The notes under the pieces were generated by a model, which made no database searches, was not told where the DNA came from, and was given only the letters and a program-made list of their open reading frames with translations. A program made the translations under genes and the position numbers. A stretch of 64,000 nucleotides of DNA from an uncultured Bacilli bacterium (GTDB taxonomy: Bacteria; Bacillota_I; Bacilli_A; RF39; UBA660). The stretch lies in NCBI GenBank assembly GCA_934148995.1, contig CAKPDM010000002.1, positions 63,487 to 127,486 on the forward strand, in the 5' to 3' direction. How positions within the stretch are numbered: the first letter of the stretch is position 1; each line of letters starts with the position of its first letter. Below, piece after piece: positions 10,562 to 22,119 of the stretch.

Positions 10562-10816
10562 ATGTTTGATAATTATAACTTGAGAAAAAATTATGCTATT
10601 TTACGTGAGAAACTTGGTTTTATAAGTAAATCATTAGAAAAAAGTCTAGAAGAAATTGATAATATTAATAAAAAATTTGATAATGCCTATGTTGTAAATA
10701 ATAATAATTATAGAGCTTTATCTAAATTAGAAAATGATATATTAGAACTTGATAATCATATAAATAGAGTTTTACTTGTTGAAGTTGATAATCAACTTAA
10801 ATTAATGAATAAGTAG
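10562..10816 (+). CDS. small helical protein, translationally coupled to the upstream ORF (T7SS partner or chaperone candidate)
   Basis: 84 aa. The ATG is 2 nt after the preceding stop and there is no SD. Heptad-like, charged and Asn-rich, with no TM segment. Confidence 0.45.
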   Translation: MFDNYNLRKNYAILREKLGFISKSLEKSLEEIDNINKKFDNAYVVNNNNYRALSKLENDILELDNHINRVLLVEVDNQLKLMNK

Positions 10817-10829
10817 AGGGAAGATAAAA

Positions 10830-11108
10830 ATGAGTTTGATTCAAACTGATATTACTAAAATGAAAGAAGATGGAAAGTTATTGTTTATACTTGCAAATAG
10901 GTATAATCAATATATAAATCAATTAAAAAAAATAACTGTTAAAGATGACTATTGGAAAGGTATAGATGCTGATAATTTTAGAAAAGATCTAATTTCTAGT
11001 TGTGAAGTTTATGACGAAGTGGGTTCGATTTTAAAAGAATATGCTATGTTTTTAGAGACTAATGCAAAGGAGATAGAACGGATCACACAGAAAGACTTTA
11101 TAGAATGA
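10830..11108 (+). CDS. small helical WXG100-like protein (WKG), candidate T7SS substrate
   Basis: 92 aa with SD AGAGGGAAG. Has a central DDYWKGIDADNFRKD. Confidence 0.6.
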   Translation: MSLIQTDITKMKEDGKLLFILANRYNQYINQLKKITVKDDYWKGIDADNFRKDLISSCEVYDEVGSILKEYAMFLETNAKEIERITQKDFIE

Positions 11109-11404
11109 ACAATAAAATAAGAGTAGATACAGAATATCTACAAAGAAATATATTATCATCACTTATAACGACTAATAGTTATCTTGATAAAGCTGTTAAT
11201 ACTAGTAAAGAAATTGTTGTTCCTAATAACTTTATTTATAAAAAAAATTTAGATGAGATTGAATTTTTGCTCGAAAGGTATATCAGTGTTGTTAAAGATT
11301 ATCAAGAACTTGTAGAAAAAAATATTAATGATTTTAACAATTATAGTAATAAAACTCTTATTGATATAAAAGATATAACAGATATTACTATAGAAACGAA
11401 ATAA
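11105..11404 (+). CDS. small helical protein, ATGA-overlapped with the preceding WXG-like ORF
   Basis: 99 aa. The start overlaps the upstream TGA stop (ATGA). No TM segment and no recognisable motif. Confidence 0.45.
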   Translation: MNNKIRVDTEYLQRNILSSLITTNSYLDKAVNTSKEIVVPNNFIYKKNLDEIEFLLERYISVVKDYQELVEKNINDFNNYSNKTLIDIKDITDITIETK

Positions 11405-11427
11405 ATGCTTATTGTGAGCATTTTTTC
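11403..11427 (+). terminator. intrinsic terminator ending the T7SS substrate operon
   Basis: AAATGCT-TATTGTG-AGCATTT followed by a T-run. Confidence 0.6.
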
Positions 11428-11446
11428 TATTGTTTAAAAAATATGT

Positions 11447-11475
11447 TTGACAAAGCTATAATCTGATGTTATATT
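11447..11475 (+). promoter_or_regulatory. str operon promoter
   Basis: TTGACA (11447-11452), 17-nt spacer, TATATT (11470-11475). Confidence 0.55.
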
Positions 11476-11575
11476 ATAACTGCTGATTAAATTTAATTTT
11501 GTTGAGAGACAAAATTTTATTTAAAAGTTAAAATGATACACCCGGATATGTGTAAAGAAAGGAGATATATTTTAT

Positions 11576-11986
11576 ATGCCTACAGTTCAACAATTGGTAC
11601 GTAAAGGAAGAGGAAATAAAGTTCGCAAGAGTAAAGCCCCAGTATTAGGTGTTGGTGTTAATACTATTCGTAGAAAATCAACAAGTAATCCATCACCACA
11701 AAAACGTGGAGTATGTACTCGTGTAGGAACTAAAACACCAAAGAAACCAAACTCAGCTTTAAGAAAATATGCTCGTGTTCGTTTATCAAATGGAAAAGAA
11801 GTAGATACTTATATTCCAGGTATTGGACATAACTTACAAGAGCACAGTGTTGTACTAGTACGTGGAGGACGTGTTAAGGACTTAATCGGAGTTCGTTATC
11901 ACATCGTTCGTGGTACACTAGATACTGCTGGAGTAAAAGATAGAAAACAAGGTCGTAGTAAATATGGTGCTAAACGTCCTAAGTAG
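11576..11986 (+). CDS. rpsL: 30S ribosomal protein S12
   Basis: [12 protein letters not shown]... and [19 protein letters not shown]. 136 aa, first gene of the str operon. Confidence 0.97.
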   Translation: MPTVQQLVRKGRGNKVRKSKAPVLGVGVNTIRRKSTSNPSPQKRGVCTRVGTKTPKKPNSALRKYARVRLSNGKEVDTYIPGIGHNLQEHSVVLVRGGRVKDLIGVRYHIVRGTLDTAGVKDRKQGRSKYGAKRPK

Positions 11987-12019
11987 AATTAATATTAGTA
12001 TTGAAAGGAGGAAGTCAAT

Positions 12020-12487
12020 ATGCGTAAAAGACGCGCTGTAAAAAGAGATGTTTTACCAGATCCTATATATAAATCTAAAACAGTAGCAAAATTAACAAAT
12101 ACTATTATGCTAGATGGTAAAAAAGGAACTGCTCAAACAATTCTTTATGAAGCATTTGATATAGTAAAAGAAAAAACTGGTCGTGATCCACTTGAAGTAT
12201 TTAATGAAGCAATGGATAATATCAGACCAGCACTAGAAGTTAAGTCACGTCGTGTTGGAGGAGCTAACTATCAAGTACCTCAAGAAGTAACACCTCGTCG
12301 TGCTGAAGCTTTAGCACTTCGTTGGTTGGTTAAATATTCTCGTCTTCGTGGAGGACGTGGAATGGCTGATAATCTAGCTAACGAAATAATTGATGCTGCA
12401 AATGGAACAGGAGCAGCTGTTAAGAAAAAAGAAGATACTCACAGAATGGCAGAAGCCAACAAAGCTTATGCACATTATCGTTGGTAG
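12020..12487 (+). CDS. rpsG: 30S ribosomal protein S7
   Basis: 155 aa with [14 protein letters not shown], in str operon order. Confidence 0.97.
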   Translation: MRKRRAVKRDVLPDPIYKSKTVAKLTNTIMLDGKKGTAQTILYEAFDIVKEKTGRDPLEVFNEAMDNIRPALEVKSRRVGGANYQVPQEVTPRRAEALALRWLVKYSRLRGGRGMADNLANEIIDAANGTGAAVKKKEDTHRMAEANKAYAHYRW

Positions 12488-12499
12488 AAAGGATAATAT

Positions 12500-14569
12500 A
12501 TGGCAAGAGATACGTCTTTAGATAAGACAAGAAATTTTGGAATTATGGCACATATTGATGCCGGAAAAACAACTACTACAGAACGTATATTATTCCATGG
12601 TGGAAATATCCATAAAATTGGAGAAACTCACGATGGAGCTAGCCAAATGGACTGGATGGAGCAAGAAAAAGAACGTGGTATTACTATCACTTCTGCTGCT
12701 ACAACAGTTCACTGGAAAGGATATCGTTACAATATCATCGATACTCCAGGACACGTAGACTTCACTATTGAAGTTAGCCGTAGTTTAAGAGTACTTGATG
12801 GATCAGTTGCTTTGTTAGATGCTCAAGCTGGTGTTGAACCACAAATGGAAACAGTTTGGCGTCAAGCTGATGAATTTATGGTACCTAGAATTATTTTTGC
12901 TAACAAAATGGGTAAAATGGGCGCAGACTTTAGCTACAGTCTTAAATCTATTAAAGATCGTTTAGGAGTTAATGCAAAGCCTATTGAATGGCCAATTGGA
13001 GCAGAAGATGATTTTAGAGGTGTTATTGATTTAGTTACTAAAAAAGCAATTGAATTTGATGGAAAACCAGAAGAAGATGCTAAGGAAATAGAAATTCCTG
13101 CTGATTTAAAAGATTTAGTTGAAGAAAAGCATGCCGAACTTATCGATGCAGTAGCTGAATTCGATGATGAAATGATGGAAACTTACCTTGATGGTGGAGA
13201 AGTTACAGAAGAAATGATTAAAAGAGCTATCCGTAAAGGTTGCCTTGCTACTAAATTCTTCCCAGTTATGTGTGGAGATGCTTTAGGAAACAAAGGTATT
13301 AAACCATTGATGGATGCTGTTATCGATTATTTACCTAGTCCATTAGATATTGCTTCTATTAAAGGACATAATTTAAAAGGAGAAGAAGAAACTCGTCATC
13401 CAAGTGATTCTGAACCTTTCAGTGCTTTAGCATTTAAGGTTATGACAGATCCATTTGTTGGACGTTTAACATTCTTCCGTGTTTATTCAGGACATCTATC
13501 AAGTGGTAGTTATGTATTAAACTCTACAAAAGATAGTAAAGAAAGAATTGGTCGTATTTTACAAATGCATGCTAATACTCGTAAAGAGATTACTGATGTA
13601 TATACAGGAGATATTGCTGCTGTTGTAGGACTTAAGAATACAACAACTGGTGATACTTTATGTGATGAAAAGAAACCAATTATTCTTGAAAAATTATCAG
13701 TTCCTGAACCAGTTATTCAATTAGCTGTTGAACCTAAGAGTAAAGCAGATCAAGATAAAATGGCTTTAGCTTTACAAAAATTAGCTGAAGAAGATCCTAC
13801 ATTTAAAGTTCATACAGATCATGAAACAGGACAAACTGTTATTGCTGGTATGGGTGAATTACACTTAGATGTATTAGTTGATCGTATGAAACGTGAATTC
13901 CACGTTGAAGCTAATGTAGGTGCTCCGCAAGTTGCTTATCGTGAAACAATTAAGCAAGCTGCTGATTGTGAAGGTAAATATATTAAACAATCTGGTGGTC
14001 GTGGACAATATGGACACGTTTGGGTTAAGTTTGAACCAAATCCAGATAAAGGATATGAATTTGTTGACCAAATCGTTGGTGGAGTTGTTCCTCGTGAATA
14101 CATTCCAGTAGTAGATAAAGGTTTACAAGAAGCTATGCAAACAGGTATTTTAGCAGGATATCCTATGATTGATGTTAAAGCTACATTATTTGATGGTTCT
14201 TACCATGATGTAGACTCTAACGAAATGGCTTTCAAAATTGCTGCATCTATGGCATTAAAAGAAGCTAAGAATAAATGTAATGCTGTTTTATTAGAACCAA
14301 TTATGAAAGTTGATGTAACGACACCAGATGAATATTTTGGTAACGTTATGGGTGATTTAACTAGTCGCCGTGGTCGTCCATTAGGACAAGAAAGTACTGG
14401 AAATGCAGTAAAATTATCTGCTATGGTACCACTTTCTGAAATGTTTGGTTATGCTACTAACTTACGTAGTAATACTCAAGGAAGAGGAAACTTTGTTATG
14501 ACATTTGATCATTATGAAGAAGTTCCAAGAAACATTGCAGAAGAAATTATTAAAAAGAGTGGAAATTAA
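12500..14569 (+). CDS. fusA: elongation factor G
   Basis: 689 aa with the GTPase motifs [20 protein letters not shown] and NKMD. Confidence 0.97.
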   Translation: MARDTSLDKTRNFGIMAHIDAGKTTTTERILFHGGNIHKIGETHDGASQMDWMEQEKERGITITSAATTVHWKGYRYNIIDTPGHVDFTIEVSRSLRVLDGSVALLDAQAGVEPQMETVWRQADEFMVPRIIFANKMGKMGADFSYSLKSIKDRLGVNAKPIEWPIGAEDDFRGVIDLVTKKAIEFDGKPEEDAKEIEIPADLKDLVEEKHAELIDAVAEFDDEMMETYLDGGEVTEEMIKRAIRKGCLATKFFPVMCGDALGNKGIKPLMDAVIDYLPSPLDIASIKGHNLKGEEETRHPSDSEPFSALAFKVMTDPFVGRLTFFRVYSGHLSSGSYVLNSTKDSKERIGRILQMHANTRKEITDVYTGDIAAVVGLKNTTTGDTLCDEKKPIILEKLSVPEPVIQLAVEPKSKADQDKMALALQKLAEEDPTFKVHTDHETGQTVIAGMGELHLDVLVDRMKREFHVEANVGAPQVAYRETIKQAADCEGKYIKQSGGRGQYGHVWVKFEPNPDKGYEFVDQIVGGVVPREYIPVVDKGLQEAMQTGILAGYPMIDVKATLFDGSYHDVDSNEMAFKIAASMALKEAKNKCNAVLLEPIMKVDVTTPDEYFGNVMGDLTSRRGRPLGQESTGNAVKLSAMVPLSEMFGYATNLRSNTQGRGNFVMTFDHYEEVPRNIAEEIIKKSGN

Positions 14570-14598
14570 GATAAACTCTAAAAAATAGTTCTAAACAG

Positions 14599-14627
14599 TT
14601 GCAAATTTGTAAATTGTTAGATAAAAT
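14599..14627 (+). promoter_or_regulatory. candidate internal promoter for tuf
   Basis: TTGCAA (14599-14604), 17-nt spacer, TAAAAT (14622-14627), in the fusA-tuf spacer. Confidence 0.45.
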
Positions 14628-14660
14628 AAATATTGAACAAAAAAAGGAGGAAATTTAATT

Positions 14661-15851
14661 ATGGCAAAACAAAAATTTGATCGTTCAAAACCACATGTTA
14701 ACATTGGTACAATTGGACACGTAGATCATGGTAAAACTACTTTAACTGCAGCTATTACTAAATGTTTACATGATAAGAACCCTGAATGGGCTGATTTTAC
14801 TGATTATGCAAACATTGATAAAGCTCCAGAAGAAAGAGAACGTGGAATTACTATCAATACTTCACACGTTGAATATCAAACTGAAAATCGTCACTATGCA
14901 CACGTTGACTGCCCAGGACATGCTGACTATGTTAAAAACATGATTACTGGTGCTGCTCAAATGGATGGAGCAATCTTAGTTATTGCTGCTACTGATGGTG
15001 CTATGGCTCAAACTCGTGAACATATCTTATTATCACGTCAAGTTGGAGTACCTCGCATGGTTGTATTCTTAAACAAATGTGATATGGTTGATGATCCTGA
15101 GTTAATCGACTTAGTAGAAATGGAAGTTCGTGACTTATTAAATGAATATGGTTACGAAGGAGATGAAACTCCAATCATTAAAGGTTCAGCTCTTAAAGCT
15201 CTTGAAGGTGAACAAAAGTATGTTGATGCTATCTATGAATTAATGGATGCTGTTGATACTTGGATTCCTACTCCTGAAAGAGATAATGACAAACCATTCT
15301 TAATGAGTATTGAAGACGTATTCACAATCACTGGTCGTGGTACAGTTGTTACTGGACGTGTTGAACGTGGACAATTAAAACTTAATGATGAAGTTGAAAT
15401 CGTTGGTATTAAACCAACTCAAAAGACTGTTGTTACAGGAATTGAAATGTTCCGTAAGCAATTAGACTTCGCTGAAGCAGGAGATAATGCTGGTGTATTA
15501 TTACGTGGTATTTCTCGTGAACAAGTTGAACGTGGACAAGTTCTTGCTAAACCAGGAAGTGTTCATCCACATCACCAATTCAAAGCTGAAGTATATGTAC
15601 TAAGCAAAGAAGAAGGTGGACGTCATACACCATTCTTCTCAAATTATCGTCCTCAATTCTATTTCAGAACTACAGACGTAACTGGTGTTATTACATTACC
15701 TGAAGGTGTTGAAATGGTTATGCCAGGGGACAACGTTTCAATGGATGTTGAGTTAATTCACCCAATTGCTATTGAAAAAGGTACTAAGTTCTCTATCCGT
15801 GAAGGTGGACGTACTGTTGGTGCTGGTGTTGTTTCTGAAATCGAAGGATAA
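14661..15851 (+). CDS. tuf: elongation factor Tu
   Basis: 396 aa with [23 protein letters not shown] and NKCD. Confidence 0.98.
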   Translation: MAKQKFDRSKPHVNIGTIGHVDHGKTTLTAAITKCLHDKNPEWADFTDYANIDKAPEERERGITINTSHVEYQTENRHYAHVDCPGHADYVKNMITGAAQMDGAILVIAATDGAMAQTREHILLSRQVGVPRMVVFLNKCDMVDDPELIDLVEMEVRDLLNEYGYEGDETPIIKGSALKALEGEQKYVDAIYELMDAVDTWIPTPERDNDKPFLMSIEDVFTITGRGTVVTGRVERGQLKLNDEVEIVGIKPTQKTVVTGIEMFRKQLDFAEAGDNAGVLLRGISREQVERGQVLAKPGSVHPHHQFKAEVYVLSKEEGGRHTPFFSNYRPQFYFRTTDVTGVITLPEGVEMVMPGDNVSMDVELIHPIAIEKGTKFSIREGGRTVGAGVVSEIEG

Positions 15852-15865
15852 TAACAACATAAATA

Positions 15866-15908
15866 AAAACTGTAAAATCAAGCAATTTGATTTTTACAGT
15901 TTTTTTTG
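15866..15908 (+). terminator. intrinsic terminator after tuf
   Basis: CTGTAAAATCAA-GCAA-TTTGATTTTTACAG followed by eight T. Confidence 0.8.
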
Positions 15909-15938
15909 TTATTATTAACTATACTAGGGTGTGATGAT

Positions 15939-16568
15939 ATGAAAAATATTAAACATAAAAAAGAAATATTATTAGTATTATTGGGAGTAATTTTGATATT
16001 AGCTGGTGCGTATCTTACTGCTAAAGCTTCTAATAAGGAAATTGCAAGACCAGTTTCTAAAAAAGAAGAAACTTTAAAAGTTAACGGTCAGGAGATAAAT
16101 TTAAAGTTATATCGTGTTGATAAATCATTCTTTTTGCAGATTCCTGATGATTTTGTAGCAGTAACTGGAGATGCTTTAAATCAAAAATATGGTACTAGTG
16201 CAAGGGCAGAACTTATTTTTGAAAGTAAAGATGATTTAACGCATATTTCTGTTACTAGAGGGAAAGATGATGTAGCAGAGGAATCATTAGCTAGTTATAT
16301 AGAAACCTTTAAAAACAATATGGTTGGTTATACCGATGTTAAATTTGAAACATATCAAAAATATGGAAAAAACTTTGCAAGAATAGTAGCAACGAGTACT
16401 GATGAAGCATCTAAATATTATGATATAAGATATTTTATATTAGATAATAAACTAGTAACAGTAGAATTTTATACAACAATTAATCAAAAAAAAGAATGGG
16501 AAAAAGTTAGTAAAAAAATTCTAGATAGTATTTGTTTTGATGAAGAAGATATTAAAGATAAGAATTAA
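15939..16568 (+). CDS. membrane-anchored hypothetical protein
   Basis: I moved the start to the ATG at 15939 (MKNIKHKKE...). The ORF-track start at 15906 lies inside the tuf terminator T-run. It has one N-terminal TM helix (ILLVLLGVILILAGAYL) and no recognisable motif. Confidence 0.55.
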   Translation: MKNIKHKKEILLVLLGVILILAGAYLTAKASNKEIARPVSKKEETLKVNGQEINLKLYRVDKSFFLQIPDDFVAVTGDALNQKYGTSARAELIFESKDDLTHISVTRGKDDVAEESLASYIETFKNNMVGYTDVKFETYQKYGKNFARIVATSTDEASKYYDIRYFILDNKLVTVEFYTTINQKKEWEKVSKKILDSICFDEEDIKDKN

Positions 16569-16594
16569 ATCTTGTCTTTTTAATTTTTAGAAAA

Positions 16595-16628
16595 GAAAAA
16601 AATGTAATACTCTAAATTACACTTTTTA
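16595..16628. terminator. bidirectional terminator between convergent genes
   Basis: TGTAAT-ACTCTAA-ATTACA (16603-16621), flanked by an A-run and a T-run. Confidence 0.45.
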
Positions 16629-16633
16629 TTAAA

Positions 16634-17884
16634 TTACTTTTCCTTCTTTTTATCTTTGTTTAAGTTTCGATATAAGTTGTATGGTAATTGATTTATAACA
16701 AAATCAAATTCTCCAACATACTCACTAATGATTGGATTGAAACCAAGTTTCATTTCATTTAAACCAGAATATTCTGTTATATGTTCAAAGTCTCCACTTA
16801 CAGCATTAAAATTAATATATTTTAAATTCATCTTTTTATAGGTAGAAATTAATTCCCATTTCATAAGATAACTTGGATTTAAAGATTTGAATTTAGAATT
16901 TAGACCTTCAATGATTAAAAAAGCAGAACGGTCATATCTTAATACAAGAGATGATGCAATTAGAATACCGTTTGGATTTTCTTTTAATAAATTAGTAGCC
17001 CATACCAAATTTTTCTTATAAGTATTTATTAGTTTATCTGACTCGATTTTTTCGTTTATTAATTTCTTTCTGGTATTAGCATTCTTTGCTTGTTGAATCT
17101 TGTAAGCAAGATTATCATTTATTTCCATTTCTCTTTCATATAATTTTTTACTATTGATAACGAAAGTTTCCGTATTTAATTTAGCAAAGTATAAATCAAT
17201 ATCACCCTTAAAATTTTTATAAAATTCTTGATAATATTCAATTGGCCTTGAATACTTTTTCTTAACAAAATCGTAAAAGAGAGGAAGATTTTGTTCGTTA
17301 CCTTTAATAATTTCCACACCACTACGCATTGCTTTTTTAATTTTATAACGAACACGCTTTTCGAAAGTATTATAGATAGCATCAATATCTTTATTAAGAG
17401 AGATGACAGCTTCAAATCTTGGCTTTTCTGTTTCAAAGAAAAGCGTAGGTCCATGATATTCCCAGTGACTAGCTTTTAAATTTTCTACGATAATGTTTGA
17501 TTCTGGATTAATATTTAATATTTTTCCGTTAGCATTGTGTAGTGCTACAGGAACAACTGGATCAATTTTTAATAACATAAATCCTTGTTTCGCTAGAAGC
17601 TTTTTTAATCTTTCTGTAAATTCTTTTAACAAAGCGCCATTACTATAATCAAATAATAATCCTCTAGGGGCATAGGCGATTTTGTAGTTCATAAAGACTT
17701 CTTTATAGAGTAATAAAGATGCTCCAATAAGATTTTCCATCTCATCAATAATACCGAGATAGTGTATATCATAGCCAAACTTTTTCATAATTTTGCCATA
17801 TGAACTAGATTGATAATAACTACGATACTTATGTTTTAGCGCATATTTATCAAATTCTTTTTCTTCTAGTGTGATTATTTTCAT
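16634..17884 (-). CDS. FemAB-family peptidoglycan interpeptide-bridge aminoacyltransferase (FemX/MurM-like)
   Basis: 416 aa. Two GNAT-like halves are separated by a helical insertion (KLYEREMEINDNLAYKIQQAKNANTRKKLINEKIESDKL). The N-terminus FDKYALKHKYRSYYQSSSYG is typical of the family. Confidence 0.8.
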   Translation of the reverse strand: MKIITLEEKEFDKYALKHKYRSYYQSSSYGKIMKKFGYDIHYLGIIDEMENLIGASLLLYKEVFMNYKIAYAPRGLLFDYSNGALLKEFTERLKKLLAKQGFMLLKIDPVVPVALHNANGKILNINPESNIIVENLKASHWEYHGPTLFFETEKPRFEAVISLNKDIDAIYNTFEKRVRYKIKKAMRSGVEIIKGNEQNLPLFYDFVKKKYSRPIEYYQEFYKNFKGDIDLYFAKLNTETFVINSKKLYEREMEINDNLAYKIQQAKNANTRKKLINEKIESDKLINTYKKNLVWATNLLKENPNGILIASSLVLRYDRSAFLIIEGLNSKFKSLNPSYLMKWELISTYKKMNLKYINFNAVSGDFEHITEYSGLNEMKLGFNPIISEYVGEFDFVINQLPYNLYRNLNKDKKKEK

Positions 17885-17993
17885 GGAATTCCTCCTTAAT
17901 CCCTTATATTATATCAGTCATTTGTTTAATTTTCAATGAAAGGTAGTTCAAAGATTTGTAAAATTTAGTATAATGTAAGGAGGAGGGAACAAT

Positions 17994-19346
17994 ATGTTTG
18001 AAAATAAAAAAATATTAGTTCTTGGTATGGCAAGAAGTGGTTATGAAGCAGCAAAGTACTTAGTTAAACGTGGTAATACAGTTATCTTAAATGATGGCGG
18101 AAGTGCTGAAAAACAAAAAAAAGAACAAATCGAAGAATTAGAAAAATTAGGTGTCACTTTAATATTTGGAAGTCATCCAGATGATTTGTTAGATGACACA
18201 TTTGATTATTTAATAAAGAATCCTGGAATTCCAATTGATCATAAATATGTTTTAAAAGCTCGTGAGCTCAATATAGAAGTTATTAATGCAGCAGAAATGG
18301 CTTATCGATTATTGCCAGATGACGTTACATTAATTGGAATAACTGGTACTAATGGAAAAACAACTACAACAACTTTAACTTATGAAATGATAAAAGCTAG
18401 TGGTAAACGTGTTCATTTAGCAGGAAATATTGGTTATCCATTAATCAGCTTTTTAGATAAATTAGAAGCAAATGACATTATAGTAATGGAAGTTTCTTGT
18501 CAACAATTAGAAAATATGAGTGAGTTTAAACCACATATCGCTTTGATGACTAATCTTAGTGTAGCACATATAGACTTTTTAAAAAGCTATGAGAACTATA
18601 AAAGAGTAAAACTTAAATTATTTAAAAATCAAACGCAAGATGATATAGCTATACTAAATATTGAAAATGAAGAAGTAATGGCAGGAACCAAAAACATAAA
18701 AGCAGTAACTAAATATTTTTCTAGTAAACGTGAAATAAATGGGGCTTATTATAAAGATGGTGCATTATGGTATTATGGTGAGAAAATATTAGATAGGGAT
18801 AAGTTCTTGTTAGCTGGTATGCATAATGTTGAAAATGCTTTAGGAGCAATGATGATTGCTAAAGAAGTAGGCGTAGATAATGAGTCTATTGTGAAAGTAT
18901 TAACTACCTTTAAAGGAGTTGCTCATCGTTTGGAATTTGTTGATGAAATAGCCGGAGTAAAATATTATAATGATACAGAAGCTACTAATACAAAGTGTAC
19001 ACAAATCGCTTTAAATTCATTTAATTGTGATACAATTCTTATTTTGGGAGGTTTAGAAAGAGGACAAGACTTTCATGACTTAGATAATTATATTAAAAAT
19101 GTTAGAACAATAGTAGGAATAGGTCAATGTCGTGATAGAGTTAAGACTTATGGTGAAGAATTAAATATAAATACAGAAATTTTTGAAACTTTAAGCGAAG
19201 CAATGAAATATATAGAAACAATAGCTACAAGTGGTGAAGTTGTATTATTAAGTCCTGCTTCTGCTTCTTGGGATCAATATAAACAATGTGAAGATCGTGG
19301 AGATGAATTTAAAGAAATAGTCAAAAAACTTAGAAAAAAATCTTAG
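17994..19346 (+). CDS. murD: UDP-N-acetylmuramoyl-L-alanine--D-glutamate ligase
   Basis: 450 aa. Has VLGMARSG at the N-terminus, the P-loop GITGTNGKTTTT and GVAHRLE. Confidence 0.92.
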   Translation: MFENKKILVLGMARSGYEAAKYLVKRGNTVILNDGGSAEKQKKEQIEELEKLGVTLIFGSHPDDLLDDTFDYLIKNPGIPIDHKYVLKARELNIEVINAAEMAYRLLPDDVTLIGITGTNGKTTTTTLTYEMIKASGKRVHLAGNIGYPLISFLDKLEANDIIVMEVSCQQLENMSEFKPHIALMTNLSVAHIDFLKSYENYKRVKLKLFKNQTQDDIAILNIENEEVMAGTKNIKAVTKYFSSKREINGAYYKDGALWYYGEKILDRDKFLLAGMHNVENALGAMMIAKEVGVDNESIVKVLTTFKGVAHRLEFVDEIAGVKYYNDTEATNTKCTQIALNSFNCDTILILGGLERGQDFHDLDNYIKNVRTIVGIGQCRDRVKTYGEELNINTEIFETLSEAMKYIETIATSGEVVLLSPASASWDQYKQCEDRGDEFKEIVKKLRKKS

Positions 19347-19438
19347 AATTATTAATAAATTTATCTAAAAATGTGGTATAATCTCAAAAGACTGTGTCAA
19401 TAAATTAACTTTGATTCAGTAGAATTAGAAATTATTGA

Positions 19439-20707
<1,269 letters not shown>

Positions 20708-20719
20708 TTATAATTTAAG

Positions 20720-20759
20720 AGAAATGCTTGAGGATAAGTATCTTGCATTTCTTTTTTTT
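20720..20759 (+). terminator. intrinsic terminator after eno
   Basis: AGAAATGC (20720-20727) pairs with GCATTTCT (20745-20752), followed by a T-run. Confidence 0.6.
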
Positions 20760-20800
20760 ATATGATAGTATATTGTTGTTTATTTATGGAGGTGTAATTT

Positions 20801-21016
20801 ATGAAAATTGCATTAGTTATAGTATCAATTTTGTTAATTATAATCGTTTTATTACAGAGCAGTAAAGCTGAAGGTGGAGCTCAAATCTTGTCAGGCAATA
20901 CTACTGATTTATTTAAAAATCGTAAAGAAAGAGGAGCGGAATTAGTTGTTACTAGAATTACTATGCTTTTAGGATTAGCTTTCTTTATTATTTGTTTAGT
21001 AGAATCTTTTATTTAA
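20801..21016 (+). CDS. secG: preprotein translocase subunit SecG
   Basis: 71 aa with two TM helices and the central LLQSSKAEGG...F motif typical of SecG. Confidence 0.8.
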   Translation: MKIALVIVSILLIIIVLLQSSKAEGGAQILSGNTTDLFKNRKERGAELVVTRITMLLGLAFFIICLVESFI

Positions 21017-21019
21017 CAA

Positions 21020-21048
21020 TTGACAAAGTAAGTAACTTATGGTATTTT
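21020..21048 (+). promoter_or_regulatory. candidate promoter for secE-nusG
   Basis: TTGACA (21020-21025), 17-nt spacer, TG-g-TATTTT (21040-21048). Confidence 0.4.
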
Positions 21049-21104
21049 ACAAGTAAGCACTGATTAGGTGTTTTTCTTTTGATGAAAAGAAGGGAAGATA
21101 AAAA

Positions 21105-21359
21105 ATGGCAAAGAATGAAAAAAACTTAGAAGTAAAAGAGAAAACTGCTAAGAAAAAAGAAGAAAAAAAAGAAGGATTATGGACTAGAATCGTTTTATTC
21201 TTTAAAGGAGTAAAATCTGAGTGGAAGAGAGTAAAGTGGCCTACTAAAAAAGAAATGGTAAAATATTCAGTAGCTACTATCGTACTTATCATAGGATGTT
21301 CAGTATTTTTCTATTTAATTGATATTTTATTAGCATTTTTACACAGTTTAGGTAAATAG
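21105..21359 (+). CDS. secE: preprotein translocase subunit SecE
   Basis: 84 aa. Lys-rich N-terminus, then FFKGVKSEWKRVKWPTKKE and one TM helix. It sits directly upstream of nusG. Confidence 0.88.
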   Translation: MAKNEKNLEVKEKTAKKKEEKKEGLWTRIVLFFKGVKSEWKRVKWPTKKEMVKYSVATIVLIIGCSVFFYLIDILLAFLHSLGK

Positions 21360-21373
21360 AGGAGGGTTAAATA

Positions 21374-21907
21374 ATGGAAAAAGAATGGTTTGTAGTTAAT
21401 ACTTATTCTGGACACGAAAACAAAGTTAAAGAAAAATTATTAATGCGTGCTGAATCTATGGGAATGCAAGATTATATTTTTCGTGTTATTGTGCCAGAAC
21501 AAGAAGAAACAGAAATAAAAGATGGTGTTACTAAGAAAAGAATTAAAAAGTTATTTCCAGGTTATATATTAGTAGAAATGATTATGACAGATGAAGCTTG
21601 GTATGTTGTTCGTAATACTCCAGGTGTTACAGGATTTATTGGTTCGAGTGGAAAAGGAGCAAAACCAACTCCATTACCACCTCAAGAAGTAGATAATGTT
21701 TTAAAAGTTATGGGAATGTCTCGTATTGATGTTGATAAGGAATTATCTATTGGTACAAAAGTAAAGATTATTGGCGGACCATTTACAGGCATGTTTGGTA
21801 CTATTGAAGAAATTGATAATGATAATCAAAAATTTGTTTTAAATGTAGATTTATTTGGACAAGAAACTCAAGTAGAAGTTGATTTTGAACAAATTTCTAA
21901 GGCTTAA
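21374..21907 (+). CDS. nusG: transcription termination/antitermination factor NusG
   Basis: 177 aa with WFVVNTYSGHENKVKE, FPGYILVEM and a KOW region (VKIIGGPFTGMFGTIEEID). Confidence 0.95.
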   Translation: MEKEWFVVNTYSGHENKVKEKLLMRAESMGMQDYIFRVIVPEQEETEIKDGVTKKRIKKLFPGYILVEMIMTDEAWYVVRNTPGVTGFIGSSGKGAKPTPLPPQEVDNVLKVMGMSRIDVDKELSIGTKVKIIGGPFTGMFGTIEEIDNDNQKFVLNVDLFGQETQVEVDFEQISKA

Positions 21908-22084
21908 TTATGCAAACACTAGATTAGAAGACAATAATTTTTAATTGATTATTGATGTTTCTAACTATTGTGTTAAACTAATCATTTGATTATAAAAACA
22001 ATTGTTATAATCAAAAAAAGTTGTCAAAAAATGGTTGTAAACAGAAAAAAATTAGTAAAAATAAAGATACAATTCAATAAATGA

Positions 22085-22113
22085 TTGATAAATAGAAAAA
22101 AATATGATATTAT
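22085..22113 (+). promoter_or_regulatory. candidate L11 operon promoter
   Basis: TTGATA (22085-22090), 17-nt spacer, TATTAT (22108-22113). Confidence 0.5.
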
Positions 22114-22119
22114 TTAAGA

